Assembly (NCBI GenBank): GCA_048128005.1
Contig: JBEUKZ010000024.1
Coordinates: 62,001-115,877 of the forward strand
DNA from: Veleropilina oligotropha
Lineage: Eukaryota
DNA: 53,877 bases
Reading direction: 5' to 3'
In this document: in pieces, positions 1 through 10,428 of the stretch
Layout of the letters: each line of letters starts with the position of its first letter
Position numbering within the stretch: the first letter of the stretch is position 1
Translations under genes and position numbers: made by a program
The notes under the pieces: model-generated
The model's input: only the letters and a program-made list of their open reading frames with translations
Databases searched by the model: none
What the model was told of the DNA's origin: nothing

Positions 1-2739
1 CCGACTGTAAATGTCCTTTACAACAGAAACAATCCAACGGGAAACAGTCGATTTGCGAATGTCGCGGTGAAATTGAGGCATATGGCTAACGAATAAACGT
101 TTTTTACCATGCCGTAGGTCTCGGGTCCGATCCAGGTAGAATCTCAGCGCACGAACGGGGCAGTTCAGGCGGTCGATATCATCTCTATCCAGCATGGAGA
201 GGTTACGGATACAAACCTCGGGACTGATATCTTCAGGTCTTTGTGTCTTCGCTAGGAAGCCAAGGACTGTATGCAGCGTCAACGACCCATCGGTGTGGAA
301 GTGTATATCTCGAAGCTCTCCGGATAAAGCGTGTATCTCCGATGCCCTGTTACCGGTGGCGAGAGCGGTAAGAAATACGGTCTTATAAGTGAGATTTTTG
401 AGGGAACATTCACTCATAGGCTCGTACGGGCATCTAAGTAAAGCATTGAGAATTAACATGACATTCCAAGCAGGCGGTCGCACCTGCTGAATGGGTCGTT
501 CGAGTTGGTAGGAGCGTATAAAGTCCGATATTGTTTTGTCGGTAGACAAGCGGGTGTGCTCGCGGCATTGTCGTAACGTCGTTGCTACGCATGATCGGTA
601 GCCTTTGACCGCGGAAATAGACATTCCACGTTCGAGCAACGATGACAAAAACTCGATAAATTTTGTCACAGGGGGGCGGAAAATATTGACCTGCCGCCCG
701 CGACACCAATCCACAAATTTCTTCCATCGGTAGTCATATACCCTTGTTGTAGATTGCCTTCTAGATCGGTATATGCGCTGGGCTGTCGCTCTAGAAAAGC
801 CTTTCTTAATGAGCGATCTCTCGATAGTCGCCAGGCGTGAAAGTGAAACTCGCTCGCCGACGGGTGTAGGACCCGACTGCGCGGTTGCGATAACAGGTCT
901 GTCATCTGCGGTAGCGCTCGTGGCTGATCGATGAGTAGATCCAGAAGTGTCGGAAACCAGGACTGCGTGCGTTGTAGGGGTGCTATCAGCGTTAACTCGC
1001 AGTCTTCGCGGGTCGCTTTCCGTAGTACTTGTGCCAACATGCACGACGGTGGGAAGGCGTAGGCGATCAGATTCTCCCATCTCATTGACAGAGCGTCGAC
1101 CGCTATAGCGGCCGGGTCCGGGTAAGGAGACACATAGAGAGGGAGTCGGTGATTGAATTCGGTTGCGAATAGATCGACTTGAGGCGTCGACCACAGGCGA
1201 CAGACATCTTGGGCTACACGGGCGTGTAGCGTCCACTCTGTGTGTATTATCTGTGTTTTCCGAGAGAGCGTATCCGCTCTGACGTTCAGCTTCCCCGGGA
1301 TGTGTCTGGCTCGAATTGTCGAGTTGAGGGACATCACTAGGCGGTGTAGGTCGATCGCTCGGTCGCAAAGCGGACGGGAGCGGGTGCCGCCCTGGTGCTG
1401 AATGTAAGCGACGACAGTCGTGTTGTCCGTGGCGAGCAGTATGTGCTTGTTGCGGAGATGTGACGAGAGGGACTGTACTGACAGGTAGACGGCTTCTAAC
1501 TCTAGGAAGTTGATGTGTCGTCCCTGAAGGTCCGTAGGCCATAGGCCCGATGTCTCGTGACTGTCGAGGTGCCCTCCCCAGCCCTCGTTTGACGCGTCCG
1601 TGAAGAGGTAGGCGTTCGGTTCTGGGGGGGATATTGGAACCGACTGGCTCGGCAGGGTAGTGTTCAACCACACTGCTGTCGTGCGATTGAACCAATGCCG
1701 AAGATCGATGCGATCCGTCCACTGTCCCGTACGTTGTATCCAGCGGTCCTTGAAGGCCTGCTGCAACGGTCGTTTGTCCATGCGACCCGTCGGTAGCAGG
1801 GGAGCTACCGACTCGATGTGCCCTAGGACAGTGGCCAGTCGTCGCGCCGTAGTTATCCGTGAAGACTTCGTTTCCAGTATAACTGCGCGTAGGTTCGCTA
1901 TACGTTTCTGAGTCGGTTTCGCGGTGTACCGGACCGTGTCGAATTCGACCCCTAGAAATATAAACGTCGTCGAGGGCACGAAGCAGGATTTGTCGTTGTT
2001 GATCTGTAATCCTAGGCGCTTCGCCGATGACAGGGTAACGCTCATAGACTGGAGGCACTGATCCCGGGACGCCCCGAGAATCAACCAGTCGTCGAGGTAC
2101 ATGTGTACTCTGTGCCCTTGCGAGTGTAGGAAGGCCCCGAGAGCCTGTACTACCCGCGTGAAGACGTACGGGGCTGACGATAGACCGAACGGTAGACACC
2201 TGAATTGGTAGACCGTTCCCCCGTGGACAAACCGTAGGTACCGGTGAGCCGAGACGTGCATCGGAACGTGTAGGTACGCATCGGTCAAGTCGATAGACGC
2301 TGCCCAGTCGCCCGGACGGATGGCCGTACGTATCTTCGAGAGTGTTTCTTGCTTGAACTTCTCGGTACGAAGATACTGGTTGAGGAACGACAGATCGAGG
2401 ATCGGTCGCCAACGGCCATCGGGTTTCAGGACCAGGAAAAAGTGGCTGTAATATCCTGGTGTGCTGGGCGGGGCGGGATAGATCGCTCTCTTTGAGAGTA
2501 AATCCCGCACTGCCGGGTCTAGGACGGCTTGTTTTTCTCCTATGAGGAGACGAGCGCGTCCTGGTGGTGGTGTCGCGTCTAGGGTTGGATGCCGGTCGAA
2601 TGCCAACTTGTATCCGGCACTCACGACTGAGTGAACCCAGTTGTCCTCTGTCATTTCTAGCCAGGACAGGCTGTACTCTAACAGACACGCTCCCACCGGC
2701 GGAAGCGTGCAACTGAGCTCGTCGCGAGCGCCGGCAACC
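1..2739 (-). CDS. Tyrosine recombinase ORF of DIRS copy A (runs off the window; missed by the ORF track)
   Basis: A manual codon scan finds no stop from 2739 to 1. It encodes ATGNRASEIHAL (catalytic Arg motif), LNCPVRALRFYLDRTR and TVSRWI, matching the copy B YR. Same frame as gag, directly after its TAG. Confidence 0.9.
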
Positions 2740-2978
2740 CTAGGGCCGCGGCTTCCCTCTCCCGCTCTGACGGGATTTCGTCGGAGGTGCTGGCTTCGCG
2801 ATAGGTTTCTTGGCCTGAGAAGGCCCACCACGCGAAGGTTTAGCACGCTTGGAAGGCGTATGAGACCGGGACGGTCTCGAGCGCTTCCTAGAGGTAGCAG
2901 CCGGCGTACTCCGAGGAGTAGCCAAGACTGCCTTCTCGATCGCGCGATCCTTGAGGTCAGCCGCTCGCTTCTCGACAA
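666..2978 (-). CDS. DIRS pol: reverse transcriptase, RNase H and methyltransferase-like domain (copy A); true start uncertain
   Basis: RT motifs WRPILDL, SIDLTDAYLHVP, LPFGLSSAP, YLDDWLI. RNase H motifs FTDAS, HINFLELEAV, TDN, HIPGKLNVRAD. MT-like motifs VDLFA and YAFPP. Confidence 0.95.
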   Translation of the reverse strand: MSRSERLTSRIARSRRQSWLLLGVRRLLPLGSARDRPGLIRLPSVLNLRVVGLLRPRNLSRSQHLRRNPVRAGEGSRGPRVAGARDELSCTLPPVGACLLEYSLSWLEMTEDNWVHSVVSAGYKLAFDRHPTLDATPPPGRARLLIGEKQAVLDPAVRDLLSKRAIYPAPPSTPGYYSHFFLVLKPDGRWRPILDLSFLNQYLRTEKFKQETLSKIRTAIRPGDWAASIDLTDAYLHVPMHVSAHRYLRFVHGGTVYQFRCLPFGLSSAPYVFTRVVQALGAFLHSQGHRVHMYLDDWLILGASRDQCLQSMSVTLSSAKRLGLQINNDKSCFVPSTTFIFLGVEFDTVRYTAKPTQKRIANLRAVILETKSSRITTARRLATVLGHIESVAPLLPTGRMDKRPLQQAFKDRWIQRTGQWTDRIDLRHWFNRTTAVWLNTTLPSQSVPISPPEPNAYLFTDASNEGWGGHLDSHETSGLWPTDLQGRHINFLELEAVYLSVQSLSSHLRNKHILLATDNTTVVAYIQHQGGTRSRPLCDRAIDLHRLVMSLNSTIRARHIPGKLNVRADTLSRKTQIIHTEWTLHARVAQDVCRLWSTPQVDLFATEFNHRLPLYVSPYPDPAAIAVDALSMRWENLIAYAFPPSCMLAQVLRKATREDCELTLIAPLQRTQSWFPTLLDLLIDQPRALPQMTDLLSQPRSRVLHPSASEFHFHAWRLSRDRSLRKAFLERQPSAYTDLEGNLQQGYMTTDGRNLWIGVAGGRSIFSAPL

Positions 2979-4962
2979 ATTCGGGGAATTTGTCTCCGAA
3001 GAGAGTAGAGGCCGACAACGGTACGCAACGTAGAGACTGCCGGGTGGCGTCGTCTAACGTGGTGCCGTCTAGGCAAGCGTCTCTACGAAGTAGGACAGCA
3101 TTACCTAAGGATCGGGCTGACTCCGACGCGGAGTTCTCCGTGGAGGCGGCAACCTCTTCGAGAAAGGACAGTGCTATCTCACGAGCGCGGGGTCCGTTCT
3201 CTTGTAGTACGGTAATGGCTCCGTCTAGGAAAAAATCCTGGATAGAGGCATGCCGTAGAGCTCGACGGGCGGAGCTCTCAAAGCCCTCCATGGCGACCCA
3301 TGGAACTTTGACCACTGAGGGAGCTGTGCTGGCCGACAGTCGACGCATCGCAGCATCGATCTGAACCGGCTCAGTCTCCAGACACGCCCCAGAGCATCCG
3401 ATCGAAATCGGACGCCTACTGGGTCGGAGGTACTTTCCTTTACGCAGACCACTAGGGTACTCCGTTAACGAGGAAGTCTCCACCGATTTGGATCCCTGGA
3501 TGGATTTGGTCGCCGAGTCGAGGACGAGCGAGACCAACCCAGACTGGGGTAGGGTAGGAAGCAGGGGGGCTTCCGGCCCATCAAATCGACGTGCCGCTGT
3601 CCTGTGCCTGACGAAGCCTACCGGCAGAGCCGGGTCTGGCAAGTCTAGCACCCCGCGAAGCGACGCGACAGCGTCGTATCTTCTGCGGGTGGCGGAGATG
3701 GTCTCATGCGTGCCAGACTGACTACAAGAGTCGTCTGGTCCGACCGATTCAGGGAGGTCAGAGTGAGTAGAAGCACTGTCCTCGTCGGAACGAGGATCGA
3801 CTTCCATCACCGAAGCATGAGCCGAGCCCGGCGTTACGGTCAGAGACGTTGGGACCTGGGGCGGCTGGGTAGCCGGTTGCCAGGACCTACAACGTGCCTC
3901 GACTTCCATCGCAATCATAGCCTGGACGTTCTCCATAGAGAAACCCGGAGGCATGACGGACGTCGGACCAACAGCCATTGGTCCGCTCGAGGTTACCGTA
4001 GCGCATGGTTGACGGGCTGCACGGACAGGTGGAGCCGAGTACCAGGGACTCGGGTTACCTGTCGGGTAACCGCAGCCAGGAAAACGGCCCGGAGGCGCGT
4101 TAAACGGTGCGAACGACCCGTAAGACTGCGACCACAGTCCATACGGGTCTGAAACCCTGCTCGGGTGAGACACGGGGGTATTACCGCCGTACGCCTCAGC
4201 CCCGAACGCAGCCGGTCCTACCACACCACCCGGGACGTCTTGATAAGAATCGTCAGAGGAGGTTGGCCGTCCATCACTCTCGTGGGCTCCGACGGTGGCG
4301 GGATTAGCCTTTAAGCTAGCGCCGTTGTCGGACGAGAGGACGGGTTGCGTCGAGCGTCTGGAACTTCGACCACTTTCGTGGTGCCCAGCAACTGTATCGA
4401 CTTTCTCTGCTAGTCTCCTTCGCCTCTTTTCAGAGGCTACTTGACTCACAGAAGGACTAACGCTGCCTTGCTCCTCCGAGGCCGGAGGAGAGGAAAGGTT
4501 TTGTCTGCCCTGTACAGCTTTTCGCCGCGGCGCTCGATGTATCTCACTGGCCGGCAAGATACTTTGAGCAGCGGTTACTAGGCCCAAAGGAGGGGTATCG
4601 GTCGGCACTCGGGCCCTTACCTGAATCTGGGATCCCGACGAAGATTCCGGGACTTTCCCCAAAGTCTCAGATGTTCCGTCGAGCCCACCACGGCTATCCT
4701 CGAGAGGGTCTGAAAGAGAAAGTGAAGGATTAAAACCTGTCTCTAGCCTCTGGAGCTTCTCGGTGGATGCCCCCTCGGAAGAAGATACCCTGGTTGTCTT
4801 CTCCGAAGGGAAAAGAGTCTCCCACTGCCGATTCGTTAGAGCTACGCAATGCCCACATGGATGGTCCTTATCGCTAGAACATACACGGTGAAAAGTGCAA
4901 TCGGAGTGCTTGTCAAAACCACGGATTTTCTGTCTGCACCCGGAAACACTGCAATGCTTCAT
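2740..4962 (-). CDS. DIRS ORF1 (Gag-like), copy A
   Basis: ATG-initiated 740 aa ORF with an N-terminal Cys/His cluster, a low-complexity middle, a conserved LLRRDACL helical region and a basic tail. Homologous to copy B ORF1. Confidence 0.88.
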   Translation of the reverse strand: MKHCSVSGCRQKIRGFDKHSDCTFHRVCSSDKDHPCGHCVALTNRQWETLFPSEKTTRVSSSEGASTEKLQRLETGFNPSLSLSDPLEDSRGGLDGTSETLGKVPESSSGSQIQVRARVPTDTPPLGLVTAAQSILPASEIHRAPRRKAVQGRQNLSSPPASEEQGSVSPSVSQVASEKRRRRLAEKVDTVAGHHESGRSSRRSTQPVLSSDNGASLKANPATVGAHESDGRPTSSDDSYQDVPGGVVGPAAFGAEAYGGNTPVSHPSRVSDPYGLWSQSYGSFAPFNAPPGRFPGCGYPTGNPSPWYSAPPVRAARQPCATVTSSGPMAVGPTSVMPPGFSMENVQAMIAMEVEARCRSWQPATQPPQVPTSLTVTPGSAHASVMEVDPRSDEDSASTHSDLPESVGPDDSCSQSGTHETISATRRRYDAVASLRGVLDLPDPALPVGFVRHRTAARRFDGPEAPLLPTLPQSGLVSLVLDSATKSIQGSKSVETSSLTEYPSGLRKGKYLRPSRRPISIGCSGACLETEPVQIDAAMRRLSASTAPSVVKVPWVAMEGFESSARRALRHASIQDFFLDGAITVLQENGPRAREIALSFLEEVAASTENSASESARSLGNAVLLRRDACLDGTTLDDATRQSLRCVPLSASTLFGDKFPEFVEKRAADLKDRAIEKAVLATPRSTPAATSRKRSRPSRSHTPSKRAKPSRGGPSQAKKPIAKPAPPTKSRQSGRGKPRP

Positions 4963-5755
4963 AGCTACTTACACGGGTAGGTAGGAGAAGGTTTGAAGAG
5001 ATAAGGATATTTCTGGGTAGTTTACCAAATTACTACTACAACCTCGATTGTACCTGATCCGAGAGTTGGAAAAGGCTGAAATACGCTTAGAACTTCCGGC
5101 GGATTATACGCCCAAAAACACCGACTTTATATTTTTACTTTTTAAAAACCAGTCGGTCAACGAATTGAGAAACGGGAGGTCTTTCTTTTCAAGAAACCGC
5201 CCTTTACACCTAAAAACCTCTTGGATGTATATATATCAATTTGTTAGAATTCGGCGTGCTATCCCCGATTTAGCAGATTTACCAAAATAACGCTAGTTAA
5301 ATTCTAAACAATCTGCTGTTCAACGACGATAAATTTGATTACATAAATTTATAGCAAGAAAAAAGTCGTTGAGGAATTATCGTATATATAAATGAAATGC
5401 AATGCAAATTCAAGCAATATCAATAAAACAACTCTCTCCTGACTCCTCAGTAATTGCTAAAGAGCTTCCTTCTTTAAATATCCCTCTGAGCGTCCTCTTT
5501 TCTTTCTGACTCAGAAGTCCAAGATGGCGTCGTCAGTGGAGGATGTCGATTTCGTTTTTTCTTTGTCGTCGACAGGAAAAAACTTCTTAAGAAGGCTTCT
5601 TACAGGAGGAAACTCTCAGATTTTCCACTAAACGTGTACACAACACTATCAACAACCTTATGAGCTATATTGATCTTTAGATCAGGCTCGAAAAGATCGA
5701 TTTTCACAAAAAAATGTGGAGCAAAGTAGAACACGACTTGTTCAATCGAGCGGAA

Positions 5756-5972
5756 AACTTCGGATGAGGTCTTGACCCTTGGGTCACGAGGATCTCGCGA
5801 GAGTTGGCGAGCTCTAAATAGGCATGAACTGGAGGAGGTCGAGCAGGTCAGTGGGTCATCTGGGTTAAATTTACTAAAAAGTGCGAAATTACCATTTCCA
5901 CCTTGTCCGGATTTAGCGATAATAGGCTTATTATGGCATTAGTAAGGACGTAAGTATATTTGATATAGATAT
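5756..5972 (-). repeat. Left (5') inverted terminal repeat of DIRS copy A
   Basis: Aligns positionally with the copy B left ITR (GCGGAAAACTT at the inner edge, TAAGGACGTAAGTAT near the outer edge). The partner ITR is outside the window. Confidence 0.7.
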
Positions 5973-6488
5973 AAATATTGCTTGATTTAGTATGAAAGTG
6001 TTATTTCAATCAACACATCATTACAATTTTTCAGTCGCATTGTAGTCGAGTTCCTAGGTTTAGCATCTCTTATTAACCCAACATGGTCACCCATCTATAT
6101 ACAGATCCCCAAAGTATATGTAATTTGATAATATGTTTATCTTGCGCAAATATTATTGGACAATATGTATAGCTCTTCAATTTCAAGTAGTTAGAGTAAT
6201 GATGCTTTGAACGTGATATGAATATCAATTTCCCATTCCTGTTGCAGATTATTCGTCATAATTCTATGATTTCTTTTGAATTGTCCCGATAAAAGTGGAT
6301 ATTTGGAAAGAAATGGCACAGTTATAATTTATTGTTAAGTTATAAACTGGTCTTTATCAAACTCCGCGTGACGTATTTTCGACCTATCAAACATTGCCGA
6401 TTTTTCAAAAAGAAAATAATTAACTTTAAAAAAAGTGAACTCATTATTTTAAAGCACACTGAGCTAAACAAACAATACATGTACTTAC

Positions 6489-7913
6489 AACTATGTATTT
6501 CCCCTTGCCGTTTTCGACCTGGTAATTCAAATATTCGTATCTGGCGGGACCGTCAGCTTTGCCGTCAAACCACATCTTCTCTCCGCCGACTCCCGTGAAT
6601 GTCACCTCTCGTATGCGCTGAGGAAGGGTATTCAGACTGCTTATCGCTTTGGAGCATACATTTTCATCTGGACAGTAGGCTTTCAATATGCTATCGACAC
6701 CCTCGGCAACAGCAGTTACAGCATCTATATACATTTGAGAGCTAGAACCTTGAATTAAGGAAGAGTTTAATGTTAAATTTGATGGACATGGATCTGGATA
6801 CTTATCACTGTTTTGACTATTAATGAAACAATGGTTGGTTTCTTCAGCCACTCGTTGCATGTATGGATTTCTGTCGTAGCTATGAATGGCTATCGATTCA
6901 AAATAATTATTTAACGCTGGATTTGGTTTTGAAGGAAAGTTGATGACCACAGCTCCCTGAACATACTCCTCGTAACCAGACATATCGTTGTCGACATTAT
7001 GCCAATAGTCGCTTCCAATCCACATGATTCCCGTAAGATTAAATCGTTTTGCGGCCCTAATAAAAGCGTTGGCATGAACTGGATTCAGAAAGGCAACCAA
7101 AATCTTCACTTTGTCAAAATTATTTACAATAAATGATTTAAAAACGTAATCGACTGCTTCTTCGTTATGTATGTAGGAAGCGTCTGCACGAATCTGATAG
7201 GCGATTTTTAATCTTTTAATTGCTGCACGCTGGATGATCTCCTTGATACCTGCCTTGCCGTAGGTGGAATCTGAGTATAAAGTACCGAAACGCTGCCATT
7301 TGTGTTCGACGATAAAATTAATAATAGCCTTCGCTTGTTCCACATCAGATGGGGCAGTGCGCAAAAAAGTAGGATAATGCTCCTTGTTGCTTAGCAATGG
7401 ACTCGTTGCTGTGGGGCTGACGATAACCAATCCACGGGCTGCAAGGTAAGGTGCTATTTGTGTGGTATAGAAACTTGAACTTGGCCCAATGGTTGCTAAA
7501 AATGCAACGTTATTTCCATTTGCCTTAACCACATTTTGCGGATCAGCATAAATATGATCAATGTGACCCTTTACTCTGTCCATGGAATAACACGAGTCGA
7601 TAATTATCACGCCGAGAGTTGCATTTCGGAGAATATTCTTATTCGCATTAATGCGGTCGACTGCATAGAAGAGAGTTTCCGTGAAAGCAGAGTTGGCTAT
7701 GTGTGTTGCCCCACACCCGCTCGGGCTATTTCGCTGTTTGCTGGCTTCATCGATGGAGAAAACATACATGTCGGCTTTACCGCTTGAAATTGTCCTGTAA
7801 TCCAGTTCAGATCTGCATTCTTTACGAAAAGGAGCGCTGCTGGAAGGTCCAAGAAGATAGCGTAAACTCTGGTTTGTTATCCTGTGGTATCTGTCCGCAG
7901 ATAAGAGGCCAAC
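6489..7913 (-). CDS. Class C GPCR (mGluR-like) coding exon 7: linker plus the whole second Venus-flytrap domain
   Basis: Acceptor ttaacag| at 7914 and donor |gtaagt at 6488; 1425 nt open, phase 0/0. Motifs AVDRIN..LRNATLG..IDSC, IGPSSS, SPTATSPLLS, YPTFLRTAPSD, YGKAG, WIGSDYW, YIDAVTAVA, FDGKADGPARYEYLNYQ. Confidence 0.92.
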
Positions 7914-8110
7914 CTGTTAATAAACAGCTCAGTTAGTCAGCAGAAATGGTCAAAAGTATCTAAACATTTAAAAAATATCTTTATATATTACATGCAAGAC
8001 TATCTATGGTTAACTGACAAGATGGCTAATTGATCAAAAGTAGAATCATTTCTTCGTTTCATGGGTGAAAAACCAGTGGTTTTGTTTGGATCGACGTTCT
8101 ATGTATGGGA

Positions 8111-9035
8111 TAAACTACTGGATAGCGTTGAATAGTTCAGAGAAAACACTCCTGTCGAGGGCCATGAGACAGGAGTGTTTTCTCTGAACTATTCAACGCT
8201 ATCCAGTAGTTTATGTCACTTAAAACATTTCACCATTGAACAATAGCCTCATTCCCCACCAGGTACCTCTATTGTAGTTAATTGGAGTGGAATAGTTGAA
8301 TAGGGTCTTTAATTGGATGGATTAGTTCAATGAGAGTCCTTGATTGGTGTGGATTAGTTGAATGCCCAGAAAAGAAACAACTGCTGCGCCAAGAAAGCTT
8401 TGTTCTTCGATTGAATAGGCAGAATAAACAACTGCCCAGAACAATAGATGACGTCACATAAATGTTTTAAGTCCAATTTTAATGCCCTTCATGGTCATAA
8501 AAGGACAAAAATATATTGTTGCTGGAGGAAAGCATGATAAAACCTGCCAGTTAGGGACAACTGCAAATGAGTAGTCCAGCGTGTTGATTTGGGGCCACCA
8601 CTACACTACAGGGTGGTCTGAAAAAGAATATAAGTTGTCGTGCGACGTCGCAGTAAACACGATGCATTGAATACTGCATAACGTTAAATCACGAGGCGTG
8701 GTTTAACGTTATGCGGTATTCAATGCACCGTGTTTACCAAGACGTTCCTCGGCAACGTATTTATCTTGCTTTTATTATGTCTAACCTGGCTGAATCTATT
8801 ATTTTTATTGTGTAGAAAGTAGAGTTTTTATCCATCCACACAGGTGATGCTAAACTTTTGGGTCGGGAAAGCTGTCCCGCAACCCGTTGTTCAATGAGAA
8901 CATTTTGACGTCACAATTAGTATGATGTCAGACGCTGGTTAATTTTATTGAACCACGGCTGGGCGGTGTTGATCTTCAGTTAATAAAATGACGCCAGCCA
9001 ATCAGAAGGAAGGATTCAGGCAGAAAGCAAGATAA
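8111..9035. repeat. Cluster of fold-back/MITE-like elements
   Basis: Perfect ~46 bp inverted repeat at 8111-8212, imperfect palindrome at ~8640-8760, and short terminal inverted pairs (cttaaaacattt/aaatgttttaag; tatcttgcttt/aaagcaagata). Confidence 0.6.
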
Positions 9036-9204
9036 GAGATCTTTATAAATACAAATTGAGTATAATATGAAAATTTTCATAAAGTGATTTAGATAACAGT
9101 TATATCCCTAAAAAAAGTACTCCACAAAAAATGTATATACTATATAAAGCAGATGAAGCTTAAATCGTAGCCATAAGTATCCTGCTCCAGTTGTTCATGT
9201 ATAC

Positions 9205-9434
9205 CTTCTCGGTGATGGTTTTTGTGTAATAAACATCCAACGTTCTTGATTGGCGCTGGTACCCCTTCAAGACGATGTGAGACAGCCTGCGGACAGCATC
9301 GGAACATGTCTGGGTTGCTCGGCAATCCGTCAACTCGACATTGTGGACCAGGTCTCGAAGCATCTGGGCTCCTTTCACCACGTATGTTGACAAAGTTTCT
9401 AGTAATATTTCTTCAATCCAATGTTGTTCAATGT
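9205..9434 (-). CDS. Class C GPCR exon 6 (C-terminal part of VFT 1)
   Basis: ctttctctag| acceptor and AAG|gtatac donor. Phase 1/0 fits both neighbouring exons. Open frame IEQHWIEE...TKTITEK. Confidence 0.75.
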
Positions 9435-9564
9435 CTAGAGAAAGAAATCATGCCAAGTTTAATTGAACAAGAAAGAAATTGTGCACAGAATACATACACT
9501 ATTAACACTGACCACTATATTTTGTTTTCACTGATGGTAAAGGGGACGAAGGATAGACTGATCC

Positions 9565-9808
9565 TTAATGATGTCATGTATATTTACATCCATCAGGTTC
9601 AAGACATGATATGTCCATATTATTGCGGGAGGAAAGCCCAATGGCCGGGGAAACCCACCTTCTCCGGTCAGTTCATGACGTGATTGATAACCGAACAAAT
9701 AATGTCATGTCCCAAACGAGATTTGAACCCACTCCTGTTAGTTAGCGCAATCGAGCCAGTGATTTAAGATATGGCATGCGATATACCACACAACTACCGA
9801 GGTGGCCA
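9565..9808 (-). mobile_element. tRNA-derived SINE with V-domain-like core (family 1)
   Basis: Homologous to the copies at 23697-23955 and 42561-42825. Pol III A/B-box-like head at the right end; GGGAGGAAA..CCGG..AAACCCAC core. Confidence 0.75.
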
Positions 9809-10428
9809 CGGGGGACAAAGGAGTGGAAGCTGTGTCTGAAAAAACAAATATTAGAATTGTGATATCCTAGACAAGCTTCAGCCAAAAGCCTCTTCCATCA
9901 ATCATCACAGCATAAGTTGTACTTATAAGTTTATTTTAAAAGCTTGAAATTAGAAAAAGGGTGCATGTTCTCATCCTAGTTTATAATATGTGTAAATTTT
10001 GAGAAGTTAACCTGTATGGTTTTGAAGACAAAGTCTATTGAAAGGACAGAGGTATTTAAAATTATCTTATCAATAGCAATTGGTTCAAGTACAGATAACA
10101 GTTTTGCTTAATTTTATGTCTTTAAGTTAGTAATAACTATCACACAATATATGACCAGTATATATCTATCCATCCCAGGAAAAGAAGAAAGGGTCGCTTC
10201 AATCGAGAATCTTCTCCGAGAAGAGTGGCATATTGCCATAACACTGTGACAACACTAATTCAATGGATCTCCTTTATTCATAATTGACATTCTAATTTAT
10301 TCTGATCAATAACTTTTGCCTGGCCATGAAAAAGCCATTTTGACTCATTAATTGTTGTCTGGAACAAACAAATAAAATCTGGGACATGCAAATAGACAGA
10401 CATCGTCAAAATGGACATATGAACCAAC

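Larger units (their letters stand above)
1..5972 (-). mobile_element. DIRS1-type YR retrotransposon, copy A (5' part; 3' end outside window), in the GPCR intron after exon 7
   Basis: Gag, RT/RNaseH/MT and YR frames are homologous and colinear with complete copy B. The terminal motif ATGGCA..AGTAAGGACGTAAGTAT (5933-5957) matches the end of copy B. The outer boundary is inferred by analogy (+/- a few nt). Confidence 0.93.
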
